Part shown: piece after piece, positions 11,025-22,429 of the stretch
How the letters are laid out: each line of letters begins with the position of its first letter
Position numbering within the stretch: position 1 is the first letter of the stretch
Assembly: GCF_001194135.2 (NCBI RefSeq)
Contig: NC_069007.1
Location: forward strand, 1,528,113 to 1,575,496
From: Octopus bimaculoides
Lineage: Eukaryota
Length of the DNA stretch: 47,384 nt
Direction of reading: 5' to 3'
Position numbers and translations under genes: made by a program
Notes under the pieces: generated by a model
Database searches by the model: none
What the model saw: the letters and a program-made list of their open reading frames with translations, nothing else
Told to the model about the DNA's origin: nothing

Positions 11025-12871
11025 CTGGACGGAAGTTCGATGTCTCGAAACTGTCTGGACGAAGAAAAATTGCTAGTCTGTTGACAGAGTTCATCCGACA
11101 GAATAATGTTGCCAAAGTGAAAAATACGTTGAACGTATACAACATGAAACAAAGATATATGATCGTGTCACTGAAAATAAACGGCTGTCCTTTAATTTTT
11201 ACGGCATCGCATGCAGGTAACATAAGTCTCGTCAACTATTTCCTCGATCAATGTGATGCCAACATCGAACAACGTGGAACATATGTTGGAATGAAATGCA
11301 CACCGCTATGGATCGCTGCACTTCGGAATCATTTCTACGTGGTGGTTGCATTGGTCGACCACGGTGCTGATATCAATACGCAAGCAAGTTCTGGCAAAAG
11401 CGCCGTCAGCATTAGCTGTCGAAACGCTAAGATTGTTAAGTATCTCATTCAACAAGGTGCCGACATTGATTTGCCAGATGCCAGAGGTCGCACATGTTTA
11501 ATGTATTCGGCCCCACATTTGAACATATGTCGTCGCTTGTTGTCTCTCGGAGCAAATGTTAACAGAGTTGATCATAAGGGGCAGGACGCTCTCCATTTCG
11601 CAATAAAACGAGGGCAGTTAAAAACAGTGGATTTATTTGTAAGACATGAAAGTAATCTTTTGAGGAAAGATAATCACGGGATAACACCTTTGGAGTTTGC
11701 AGCTATCCATAACAAACCGGATATTTTGGAATATCTAATCTCCACAAATCAGTACGGTAGAGAATCTATAATATCAGCTTATGAACTGTTGGGCAGCCAG
11801 TTTGCAATGGATTATCACTTGACTTATAATGCAGAACAGGTGAAGATATGGTGGTTTAGAGCCCTAGAAATGAGCTACGGAGACACAACTCAGACACCAA
11901 TCATCAAGCATTTATCCACTCATCAAAGACTGGTCACTAATTTTATCGGGGAAGAATTTACAAGCTGTGACTTCTTGAATCAAATTTTACACGATGTGAA
12001 CTCAATATGGACTCAAGGTCTATTGGTGCAGTCACGGATACTGGGACCCAGACATCCGACTGTCATCAAATCATTCATGAGAAAAACGTGTTTTCATATT
12101 AATCGTACTGACTTTCATTCTAGTTTGCAATTATTATACTGTCTGTTGATTTTCTTCGAACAGTTCGCGGACCCATTACAAAACGATATCCTTGATGTTG
12201 TAGGAACGTTCAGTTCCATCTTGATGCACACGGTATTAGCAAATAATTCCAGCACTTACTATATTTTCCGCATATTCCATTGCTTCGTCAAATACGTTAG
12301 CTATAATATAATTCCTTACTTGAAGAAATATGGTCGGAATTTAACGTTCCACAAAATACCAGATTTTGAACGTTTTTTAGTTGAAATTCTCGACTTACTT
12401 GAATTCATATTGAACTTTCCGTTGCCCGATTGTCAAGCAAGCGAGATTGAAAACAGTCTAGGTGAACTCTTACGCCATCATCCACGTGGTATGAACCATA
12501 TAACGCTACTACAACTATCAATCCGAATGTATCGCACTGTCAGTGTAGTTGAAATGCTTCTGCGATGCGGTGCGGACGTGAATGCCATTGACAACGAAGG
12601 CAACACCGCGATACATTACGCTATTCTGTATCCTTCACAACACCAAATAGAAATATTGTCCTCTTTACTTCAATACGGATGCCATGTGGATATTGTCAAC
12701 AATAATGGCTATTCTGCACTGGAATATCTTCAGCATTGCAGATTAATAACCAGCTCTTTGAAATACTGTACGCTTCAGTGCATTTGCGCCAGAATCATCC
12801 GTGAACACAACGTCAACTACAAACACATACTGTCAAAAGATTTGGCATATTTCGTAGATAAGCATGGCTAA
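11025..12871 (+). CDS. fem-1: Fem-1-like ankyrin-repeat CRL2 substrate receptor, copy 1 (large terminal coding exon, 614 codons plus 2 nt; start exon not identified)
   Basis: Seen: uninterrupted frame with N-terminal ankyrins (TPLWIAA..NH..VV..LVDHGADIN; GRTCLM; GQDALHFA; GITPLEFAA), AYELLG, QGLLVQSRILGPRHP, C-terminal ankyrins (GADVNAIDNEGNTAIHYA) and terminal TLQCICARII...FVDKH. Established: this order matches FEM1 family motifs (ALELLG, QALLIRERILGPSHP, TLQCLAARAI...FVSLH). Frame opens at AG 11023-11024 after a polypyrimidine tract; in-frame TGA at 11018-11020. Confidence 0.92.
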
Positions 12872-13229
12872 GTTCTACTGTTTATAGGATTAATTTCTAG
12901 TGAATACCAAGATAATCATTCCTTCAATGTTTTCCAAATATTACACGATTATGATTAACTAAAATGAAAACAACTGTAAAACATAACAAGTAAATGCAAA
13001 CGTTTATTAAATATTATATGTTCTCTGTATATTATCGGCTTCAATTATTGAGATTAATGCGTTATTTATCATCAGTGAATTTATAATTTTGCATCAGGTT
13101 TTAAAAGAATGGAAGTTGGTATGTCTGCATTATTTATATTATGACCACCACACTTGGATTGCTGTTGGACACGAAGCTTCTAGTATTTCTATTTATATGT
13201 TTTTAGGATATACATTCATATGGAAGTAC

Positions 13230-13445
13230 GCATGGTTGTCTAATTGAGAAAGTGGCTTTGCAACCACTTGGTATCGAGTAGAGACCCCCAGAACGCGGCC
13301 TAAATCTAGTAGGAGGGGATATTTTTTTCAATTGAACTTTTAATGCGGTGCACCAACATGTTCGCGTTTCAAAGACGTAGACAGTATCAATGCGTCTCTT
13401 CGAATTATCAATCAATGAATTTACATTAGCTGCCCTAAACGTAAA
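13230..13445 (-). mobile_element. Possible LINE endonuclease N-terminal relic
   Basis: FRAANVNSL....KRRIDTVYVFETR loosely resembles T.NV.TL...KRR.IDI..LQETRW. Confidence 0.3.
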
Positions 13446-13615
13446 CGCATTCATACATTCACGCGCGCGCGCGAACATATAAGTTTGTATGTGTGTGCGT
13501 ACATATATATATATGTGTTTGTGTATGTGTGTGTGTGCGTGTGTGCGTGCGTGCGGTGTGCGTGCGTGTGTGCATGAGCAGGCGTCGGGTGCAGAAAAAT
13601 GCATTTTTTTGAATG

Positions 13616-13663
13616 GCCATATAACTGAAGAGTGGCATCCGAAACTCGGAGTTTTATCATGGC
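13616..13663 (+). ncRNA. Minimal type-I hammerhead-ribozyme-like motif
   Basis: GCCATATAA CTGAAGA GTGGCATCC GAAAC TCGGA GTT TTATCATGGC; intact core, 9-bp stem I with one bulge, weak stem II. Confidence 0.5.
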
Positions 13664-14126
13664 TACCGAATAGTTGTCACATTATTTACAGATATATATA
13701 TATATATATATATGGAGTATCGGATACCGGGGCTGAGGTCTGCTCCTGCATAGCAGGATAATTGTTTTTAGTGCCGTGGTGAATAATTTTTGTTTAGGAA
13801 ATAGCTGCTTATTATCCTCTGAAATATTTCTGCTGGTAAAGTTTGAAGGACCAAAAAGAATGGTAATTTTTAAACTAGGACTACTACAAGAGTGTTGACC
13901 AAATAGAGATAGAATCAATGATATAAGTGAAGTAAACATTGATAGCCCTGTCAAAGTCTATTACGACAACTAACGAGGAGTGGAAGTGGACGCAGATGAA
14001 GTAAATGAAGCAATCGCTTAAAAGGAAAAGAAAGGAAAATGCGATAATAAAATCAAATGAATTTCCTCATAAATAAATGCAAATAAAATAAGGAATCATA
14101 ATAGAGTTTAGAAGCTCGTTTTCAAA

Positions 14127-14312
14127 TTGTATCAACGTCATCGTCATCATAATCATCATCATCATAATCATCTTCTTCTCCTTCTCCTTCTTTTTCTTCT
14201 CCTTCTTCTTCTTCTCCTCCTCGTCCTCCTCCTCCTCCTCCTCCTCCTTCTTCTTCTTCTTCTCCTCTTCCTCCTTCTTAATAATCATCATTATCATCAT
14301 CATCATCATCGT
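14127..14312. repeat. (CAT)n/(CTT)n/(CTC)n compound triplet microsatellite
   Basis: Direct inspection. Confidence 0.95.
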
Positions 14313-14400
14313 CGTAGTCGCCGTCCGTTTGAAAATATTAAACGACCAAGAATTGCTATAATTAAATAAATGAAAAGTCGTAAATGTGCAAGGTAATTTC

Positions 14401-14438
<38 letters not shown>

Positions 14439-15754
14439 CTATAACGATGGTGATTATTGGTGATGGAAAACATTTGAATGGTTCTATAGTATAAGAACCC
14501 TTGTTGACAGAATTAAAGCAATCATGGATTTAACTAGACACATTTTATCAAATATCATCAAGTTGTCAAATCCTGATGACGAAAACCACAGAAAAACTTC
14601 TCCTGGAATTGGGCTTACACTGGTCTGAAGGTGTGTTGCATGTCTCTAGCTGGATTTATTAATTTTTTTGAAGTGGAAGGTGGACGAAGTTATTGTAGGA
14701 ATGCAAGCGTGGTAGACATCGATATTTCGCTATTATTGTGGTTGATGACATATATAAATAGAGTTAAATGCATTTCCTCGTGTTCGACGGCGAACAAATA
14801 TCTCCTAGTGCCTCATAGTGAATTTCCGTATATACTTATAACCAGAAATACAACAAAAGTCAAGTTGTATTCTTTCCAGCATGTTCCAAAACGAATGAGT
14901 GTGCTTGTTATACATAACTTTCAATAAATATATTACCTGTAACACTTTCAGAAGTGTTACAACTCTACAGGCATCTAATCAGACATTTATATCTTACACA
15001 TTTAGTTAAATTGTTAATATGTCATTACGTATTAACTCAATCGCCATTCTTATACATCGTATTACTCGTTGATTTTTTTCTTTTCTACAATTGAAGATGT
15101 CATGCTTTTTTTTGTGGGAGTATTAGAGGCAACATAAGTTCATTTAACTAAATTTGAAGTTTGTGTAATGAGTTTCATGTTCTGGAGACTTTGCTGGTCA
15201 TTGAAATAAAAAAATAAAAATGTGAATTAATTCCAGCATTGTACCATTTTTTTTTTGATTTTACCGCCCATCATTATTCACGTTGTCCTTAGTTTAGAAT
15301 GAAGACAATAAACGGAATATATTATTTATATATTAATTAATTATCTATTTGTTCGACTATATCTATGAAAGACAATAATATACAAAATGGTTTATGGAAA
15401 AAAATAATGAAGAATATATGAAATATTGAATATAAAAGTAATTTTGTAACTTAAAGCTATAAGAGAAAATAATAGTTTTTATCCTCGCCTCACAGTCCTC
15501 CCTTCTATAATTGAAATAAAACTAATTAGAGATGTTATTATATTTATGTTCTTCAGAGAAATGTATATTGTTTAATAAAAGATCTATTTAGCTCAAGACG
15601 AAGCCACTTCAATCTTGAACTATGGTTTATACAGACAAAAGCCACTGGGTTTATCTCCTTTGATTCTCGTTTGGAGTTAACGGATACAAATTATGTTTAT
15701 ATATCAACGCATCATAAAGATACGTCGAGCAATTCTTTAAAAGATGTTCTCGAC

Positions 15755-15955
15755 TTGGCTGTTTGCTTCCCAACCACATGATTTTGGGTTTAGCTCCAAT
15801 ACCTCTTACCTTGGGAAGATGTCATCTACTACAGCCCCGGGCCGATGAAAGCCTCATGAGTGTATTTGGGAGACAGAAGCTGAAACAAGCCCCGGGCCGA
15901 TGAAAGTCTTCTGAATGTACTTGGGAGACAGAAGCTGAAACAAGCCCCGTCATAC
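15755..15955 (+). mobile_element. SINE family B 5' part with internal 55-bp tandem duplication
   Basis: tgcttcccaaccacatg...ccttgggaagatgtcatctacta; unit gccccgggccgatgaaag...gaagctgaaacaa begins at 15834 and 15889, with gccccg again at 15944. Confidence 0.75.
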
Positions 15956-16390
15956 AGATAAATAAAATAAGCCACTGCTTTGTCTGTCTCTGGGAATGTA
16001 GATCTAAAGAGGATCCGTGGGCGAGAGTGTAACGACGATGTTCTCAATATTGAAGAAGTACTCAATAATGCTTTAGCTCCATCTATCGTCGTTGATGCTG
16101 AGAGAAACGAAACCGAGACCGCTTCACAAAAAAAAAGCATTCGGCTAAAAAGCGTCTACAGAGGGAGTTGGAGTGAGACAGAGAAACATATACGGATATA
16201 AAAGGAACGAGAGGGGATGCATTAGGAGGAATGGGTGTGGTGTATAGTAGAAAATAGATTTAGCGAATATATGTGACGTGGTGATGAAAAGTGGACGGGA
16301 AATGATGCTGAGAAGATTGGCTTAACCGTGAAGGAGAGAAGCACAGAAACATAAGCATCCATATGTATATATACACTTATGCATTTATAT

Positions 16391-16425
<35 letters not shown>

Positions 16426-16886
16426 NNNNNNNNNNNNNNNNNNNNNNNNNNNNNNNNNNNNNNNNNNNNNNNNNNNNNNNNNNNNNNNNNNNNNNNNNNN
16501 NNNNNNNNNNNNNNNNNNNNNNNNNNNNNNNNNNNNNNNNNNNNNNNNNNNNNNNNNNNNNNNNNNNNNNNNNNNNNNNNNNNNNNNNNNNNNNNNNNNN
16601 NNNNNTAACACTCACTGAATGAAATCATCTGATAAGACCCTATCATGTGGTTTCGAGATTTAACCATTCAGGTTTTGCTTCTCTTCAGGGGGCTCCACAA
16701 ATTACTCCGGGTTAAAGAGATAGCCTATTTCTTATTAGCGCATGAAGAAAATAACCGTTGAACAGTGAGCGCCAAATCCAAAGTGGTTTCACCTAATATG
16801 TATATAGACATATAACAATAAGTTTTTATAACGATAAATTAATATTATGATTTATTAAATACTTTATAATATAATAATCGTTTTAT

Positions 16887-17237
16887 ACAGATTTTCGAAA
16901 TATATTTTTAAGCCTTTATTTTTTTACTGCAAAATCCTTTAAAAACAACTGTGTTAAAATCTGAAGTTCTTAAATTTACAACTTGAGGCTCGGCAGCCCA
17001 CTCGAAATTTTCATTAATGAGCGGAAAATCAGTTTATAACACGTTTGCCGTTCCTCCTTTTATTTTTTTCATTCCTTGTTACGAATCGATTTGCGAAAAC
17101 GGCACTTTTTTCACAAATTTTCGAAGTATGTTTTTAAGATAATATATCAGATTGTAAAATTGTTTAAACACAATAGTGTTAAAATTTCAAGCTCTAAAAT
17201 ATATACCTTTAGGCTCCGCAATGCACTTGAAATTTTG
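16887..17237. repeat. Diverged direct repeat, about 125-bp copies about 226 bp apart
   Basis: aca.attttcgaa.tat.tttttaag...gtgttaaaat.t.aag.tct.aaat...aggctc.gca....act.gaaatttt at 16887-17012 and 17113-17237. Confidence 0.7.
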
Positions 17238-17449
17238 AAATTATGTGAAATAAATTGACCTTTCGACTTTCTTATTTCCAAAACTAGGTCAGCGAATATA
17301 TGTATTTCACGAGGGCTGGATTACACATACATTAAAATGAATTAAATAGATTGTCAAGATTCTAGCAGAAAAGATAATTCTTCTTTGGCAAAAGGCATCC
17401 ACCCTTTGTGTTACGTTTGAGTCAGTTAAACGAAAAATCATAAATGGTT

Positions 17450-18010
17450 CCTTTCCTGACGTAGAAGGATGACCGTTATCTGGCCGGTTCATTATAATCA
17501 CTCTCTGAAAGATCGGCTGAGATACTGCATGATCTATTTCGCCAAATATCATTTTGCGATTAATCCGTTGATCCTGTAAAAATCTGTGGTACTTTTTTTT
17601 TTAATTCTACAACTGCAGTGTTTTAAGGAGTTGCACTAAATTTTTTGTTGCATTATTTTTTTAAACTCATTACACTTTGTTTGAAACGATGGCTCATTTT
17701 TTCCTACTTTTCACAGATTTTAGTAATGCTTGGTACTTTAGATAACAGTTTAGGATTTTCGGTTTAACTTACTCAGTCGCAACACGAGAAATGGATACCT
17801 TTTCCCGACGAAGAATGATCTTTTTTGCTACAATCTCGATAATTTGTTTAATTGAAGTATCTTTCTTACAGATATGATTTTCTTTTTGTCGTTCAAATAA
17901 AACACACACGTCCTTATAATTTGGAAATCCTGGCTCGCTAAGTTCACATAGAGTACCAAATATTAGGCTGTCGGTATGATGACGTGTCATTGGCGTATTA
18001 GTCTTCACTA
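17450..18010 (-). mobile_element. Degenerate DNA-transposase N-terminal fragment, hAT-like (probably hATm type)
   Basis: Seen: MTRHHTDSLIFGTLCEL...FPNYKDV...IIEIVAKKII....KVSI..V and, after frameshifts, QDQRINRKMIFGEID. Recalled invertebrate transposase N-termini read TR..T.C.IFG...EL....LPTY.DV...EIVA.KI..IW.KASIP.VS and DQR..RKM.IG.VD. Family label is inference. Confidence 0.55.
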
Positions 18011-18822
18011 AATGTAAACAACACTAAATTTTATACGAACACTAATTTTAATACAATGGCTTAAAGTCAAAGTACAAAGCAGAGAACTTCACACACGTAC
18101 AACGTACGTCCATACGCAATGACCGATGCAACGACACTGGAGAGAAGTTCACACTCCTTATAAACAATGAGGAAACTTAAGATATTAGTCAATTGTATGA
18201 TATGTGTAGTCTTTTGCATTCTGGTATGTAGCGATATGTATTGATTTCGACTTATTATCTACGAAATCCAAAATTCGACCGAAAATAGTGATTTTTAAAA
18301 TTTTTATTTGAATTGCGGCGCCTAAAAAATATTTAACAGCAAAGTACATTATTCACGTTTCTTTAAACCCTAATTTGCAACGAAATATCGTTTCTTGGTT
18401 ACTGTACTTCATGTTGACTTAATTTCTTCAATTACACACACATGCGCGCATGCACTCACACACACCTCATCCCTTCGTTCTATGCGCAGAAGTGGTGCAC
18501 AGTAACAGAATCTTCGGATCGAGTCAAATATAACCAACTATTCCATATCGGTGCCGTAGTATCCACATGGGTCTTTTGTACTGGCATTGTGTCCTGTGAA
18601 ATCAATGATGAAGTCAAACCAAATACTGACAATTTGAAATCAATGAATGCAATCGTTTCAGATCTGCTTCTTAGATGTTAGGAAATGCGTCCGTTAAGCA
18701 AGTCCTTCGACAAAGGAAAGTCTTATGTAATGGCCACATCCCTTAATATGTATTACGCACACCTGGAACGTACGCATGAAATGACTTCAAAATATCGTTG
18801 CTTGCTTTGAATTTATTATTAG

Positions 18823-18899
<77 letters not shown>

Positions 18900-19191
18900 A
18901 TAGATAGATAGATATGTACATACATAGATAGACAGACAAATAGATAGATAGATAAATAGACAGATAGACATAAATAGACAGACAGACAGATAAATAATAG
19001 ATAGATAGATAGATAGAAGTGTGTATATATTTGTGCTCGCGCGCAACACACTCACGCACAATCACTCCTGCGCACACATATAACTTAACTTTAATAATTC
19101 ATGTCGGGGACAGAGAACAGAATTCGAAGTGAAGTGAGAGTGGTACATTAACAAAATTTCTAAGAAAGAAAAGTATAAGTAGTGTTTGTAA

Positions 19192-19223
<32 letters not shown>

Positions 19224-19279
19224 TCTGGAAACAGAAGATTAATTTTTTTTTTATTCTATCTTTATGTCTACAATTTTCC

Positions 19280-19331
19280 TGTTCATTTCTTCTTCTATAT
19301 CGTTTCTCTCTTCTACGGAATATTTAAACAG
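19280..19331 (+). promoter_or_regulatory. 3' splice acceptor of Fem-1 copy 2
   Basis: Pyrimidine tract (tttcttcttctatatcgtttctctcttct) then ttaaacag| at the position homologous to copy 1. Confidence 0.7.
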
Positions 19332-21178
19332 TTGAACGGAAGTTCGATGTCTCGAAATTGTCTGGAAGAAGAAAACTTGCTAAACTGTTGACTGAATTCA
19401 TCAGAGACAATAATGTTTCCAAAGTGAAAACTACGTTGAAGAAATACAACTTGAAACAAAGATATATGATCATCTCATTGAAAGTAAACGGCTGTCCACT
19501 GTTTTTCACGGCGTCAGATGTAGGTAACGTAAGTCTTGTTAATTATTTCCTCGATCAATGTGATGCCAACATTGAACAACGTGGAACATATGCTGGAATA
19601 AAATGTACACCACTTTGGATCGCAGCACTTCGAAATCATTTCTACGTGGTGGTTACTTTGGCTAAACGCGGTGCTGACATCAATACGCAAGCAAGTTCTG
19701 GCAAAAGTGCCATCAGCATCAGCTGTCGAAATTCTAAGATTGTTAAGTTTCTTGTACAGCAAGGTGCCAATGTTGACTTACCAGACGCAAGAGGCCGCAC
19801 ATCTCTAATGTGTTCGACAGAACACTTGATCATATGTCGTCGCTTGTTGTCTCTCGGAGCAAATGTTAACAGGGTTGACCATAAGGGTCAGGACGCTCTC
19901 CATTTCGCAATAAAACGAGGGCAGTTAAAAACAGTGGATTTATTTGTAAGACATGGAACTGATCTTCTGAGGAAAGATAATAACGGCACAACACCTTTGG
20001 AGTTTGCAGCTATCCATAACAAACCGGATATAATAGAATTTCTAATCTCCACAAATCAGTACGGTAGAGAATCTATAATATCAGCTTATGAACTGTTGGG
20101 CAGCCAGTTTGCAATGGATTATCACTTGACTTATAATGCAGAACAGGTGAAGATATGGTGGTTTAGAGCCCTAGAAATGCGCTACGGAGACACAACTCAG
20201 ACACCAATCACTAAAGATTTACCAAGTTATCAAAGACTGGTCACTAATATTATCGGAGAAGAATTTACAAGCGTTGATAATTTGAACCAAATTTCACACA
20301 ATGCGAATGCAATGTGGACTCAAGGTCTATTGGTGCAGTCACGAATATTGGGTCCCAGACATCCGACTACGATCAAATCACTAATGAGGAAAATATGCTT
20401 CCACATAAAACGGTGTGAATTCCATGAGAGTATACAATTATTATACTGTCTGTTGAGCTTCTGTAAATATTTCTCTGATCCCCTTCAGAACGATATCCTT
20501 GATGTGATAGAAACGTTCACATCGATTTTAATGCACACAATATTAACAAACAACACCAGCACCCATCATTTATCTCCTATTTTCCATTGCTTCATCAATT
20601 ACGTATGTTCACATGTCATTCCATACCTGAAACAACAAGGAACAACGATAAGCAATCAAAAAGTACCCGATTTGGAACGTCTTCTAATTGAAATTCTGGA
20701 TTTGCTTGAATTAGTTTTGAACTATCCCCTAGATGAATTACATTCAAAAGAAATCGAAAGCAGTTTAGTGGAACTCATAAGTCATCGCCCACGTGGAATG
20801 AACCAAATAAGTCTGCTGCAACTTTCAATTCAAATGTACCATCCTCTTAATGTAGTTGAAATGCTTCTGAAATGCGGTGCAGACGTGAATTCCATTGACA
20901 ACGAAGGCAACACCGCGATCCATTATGCTATTCTGTATCCTTCGCAATATCAGACAGAAATATTATCTTGTTTACTGCAATATGGATGTCATGTTGATAT
21001 CGTCAACAACAATGGTTATTCTGCACTAGAATATCTCCAGCTTTGCAAATTGGTATCCAACCCTTTGAAATACTGCACGCTTCAGTGCATTTGTGCCAGA
21101 AGCATTCGTAAACACAACGTAAACTACAGGCATGTACTGTCAAAAGAACTGGTATATTTCGTTGATAAGCATGGCTAA
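19332..21178 (+). CDS. fem-1: Fem-1-like ankyrin-repeat CRL2 substrate receptor, copy 2 (tandem paralog of copy 1)
   Basis: Seen: same 1847-bp length as copy 1 with constant 8307-bp offset at both ends, about 78% aa identity by hand count, same motifs. Acceptor AG at 19330-19331, in-frame TAA at 19325-19327, AATAAA about 30 nt after the stop. Confidence 0.92.
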
Positions 21179-22429
21179 GTACTACTGTTTGCAGTAAATT
21201 TTCTAATTAATAAATAAAATTGTCTTAAACGTTTGTAATAAAGGATTACAAACAAATAAAAGAGCAATCGTGATATACTCTCGAAAATTACAAATAATAA
21301 TACTAATAATACAACTAAGAAAAATATGTTTCTATATCACCTATTTTATTTCGTTGACGTGTGTATTATATTTTAAAATATGGGACTGTATACCTGCGAA
21401 TAAGTTGTTGCATGTCTTTTTAAACGGCATGTTGTTTCCCTTTGAAATATTCCATAGACAAAATTTAGGATTGACTTGGAGTTCAGTAACACAACAGCAA
21501 CAGATGGTTATTTGTTACCATTTTATGATGACAAACATTTTAGTTTTAACTGAATCTTCCGCGTATGTTTGGCTTTATCTTTAAATTATTTGGTTCCCAT
21601 ACACAAGTAAAGCTCTTATTCTTTAATTTTTGAAAATTACTGACTTCTTTTTCTTGGCTTAAGTTTTTAATTTTGGGGCGAAAACAGGATTTGTTACGTG
21701 CGCCATTTAATTTTCATGCCAAAGAAGAAACCCCCAATGTATGCAAGAATTAGCAGCTAGATCTTCCGTAAATGTCACCCGATCTTATAAAAATGAACAC
21801 ATTCAATAATGTAATCTTTAGTTCTGAGACATATGCGGGATGGCCAACGTTGGAGTTCCTTGATTATATAGATAATCTGTTGTGAAACATTTGGAAGTTA
21901 AATAGAAACAAAAAGACAATGAATGACAAATTTCGTCAGACAAAAATGTAACTTCGACGCGGAGCGAAATATCAGAATATGCCATAGGGAAATATAAATT
22001 TTCAATTTGAATTAGCTTTGCTGATTTCACCGAAAACTGAGTCCTTGTACGTGTTCACAATTAATTCATTCTGTATACTGATGTTCAATTCCAATCCACA
22101 TGCTGTTGATATTTATTTTATAATTGATTAATCGAAGTTCAACCAGAAGCAGTTATACTTTGATGATCAGCGTTCGAAACATAAACACCACAATTCTTTT
22201 TTTGGAGAAAAGAACTATAATTTGTAATATATACTCCCATTATATGAGATAGCATTCTGTAACTTAGCAGAGATTTGATGGCGTTTGTATCCGGTTGTGA
22301 TACCCTCTGTAAACATAATCCCAAATTAAGTCTATAGAAGTGGGTGATCATATAGCGTTTACTCTACGTCTGCATAGATACGATAAGTAGTTAATTTAAA
22401 GAAGGAAAATTGTGAAGAGAAGCATCGAA

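Noticed and set aside
11081-11083. ORF-track starts at TTG 11081 and 19358 as Fem-1 initiation codons
   Set aside because: Non-ATG starts; the frame and paralog homology extend upstream to splice acceptors at 11024 and 19331.
14067-14369. Poly-E/K and poly-H/L ORFs
   Set aside because: Compound triplet microsatellite with no coding context.
19101-19150. ATG TCG GGG ACA GAG... as proximal first exon of copy 2
   Set aside because: The better donors (GTGAGA, GTACAT) are phase 0, the phase-1 option (GTGAAG) is weak, and there is no homologous exon upstream of copy 1.
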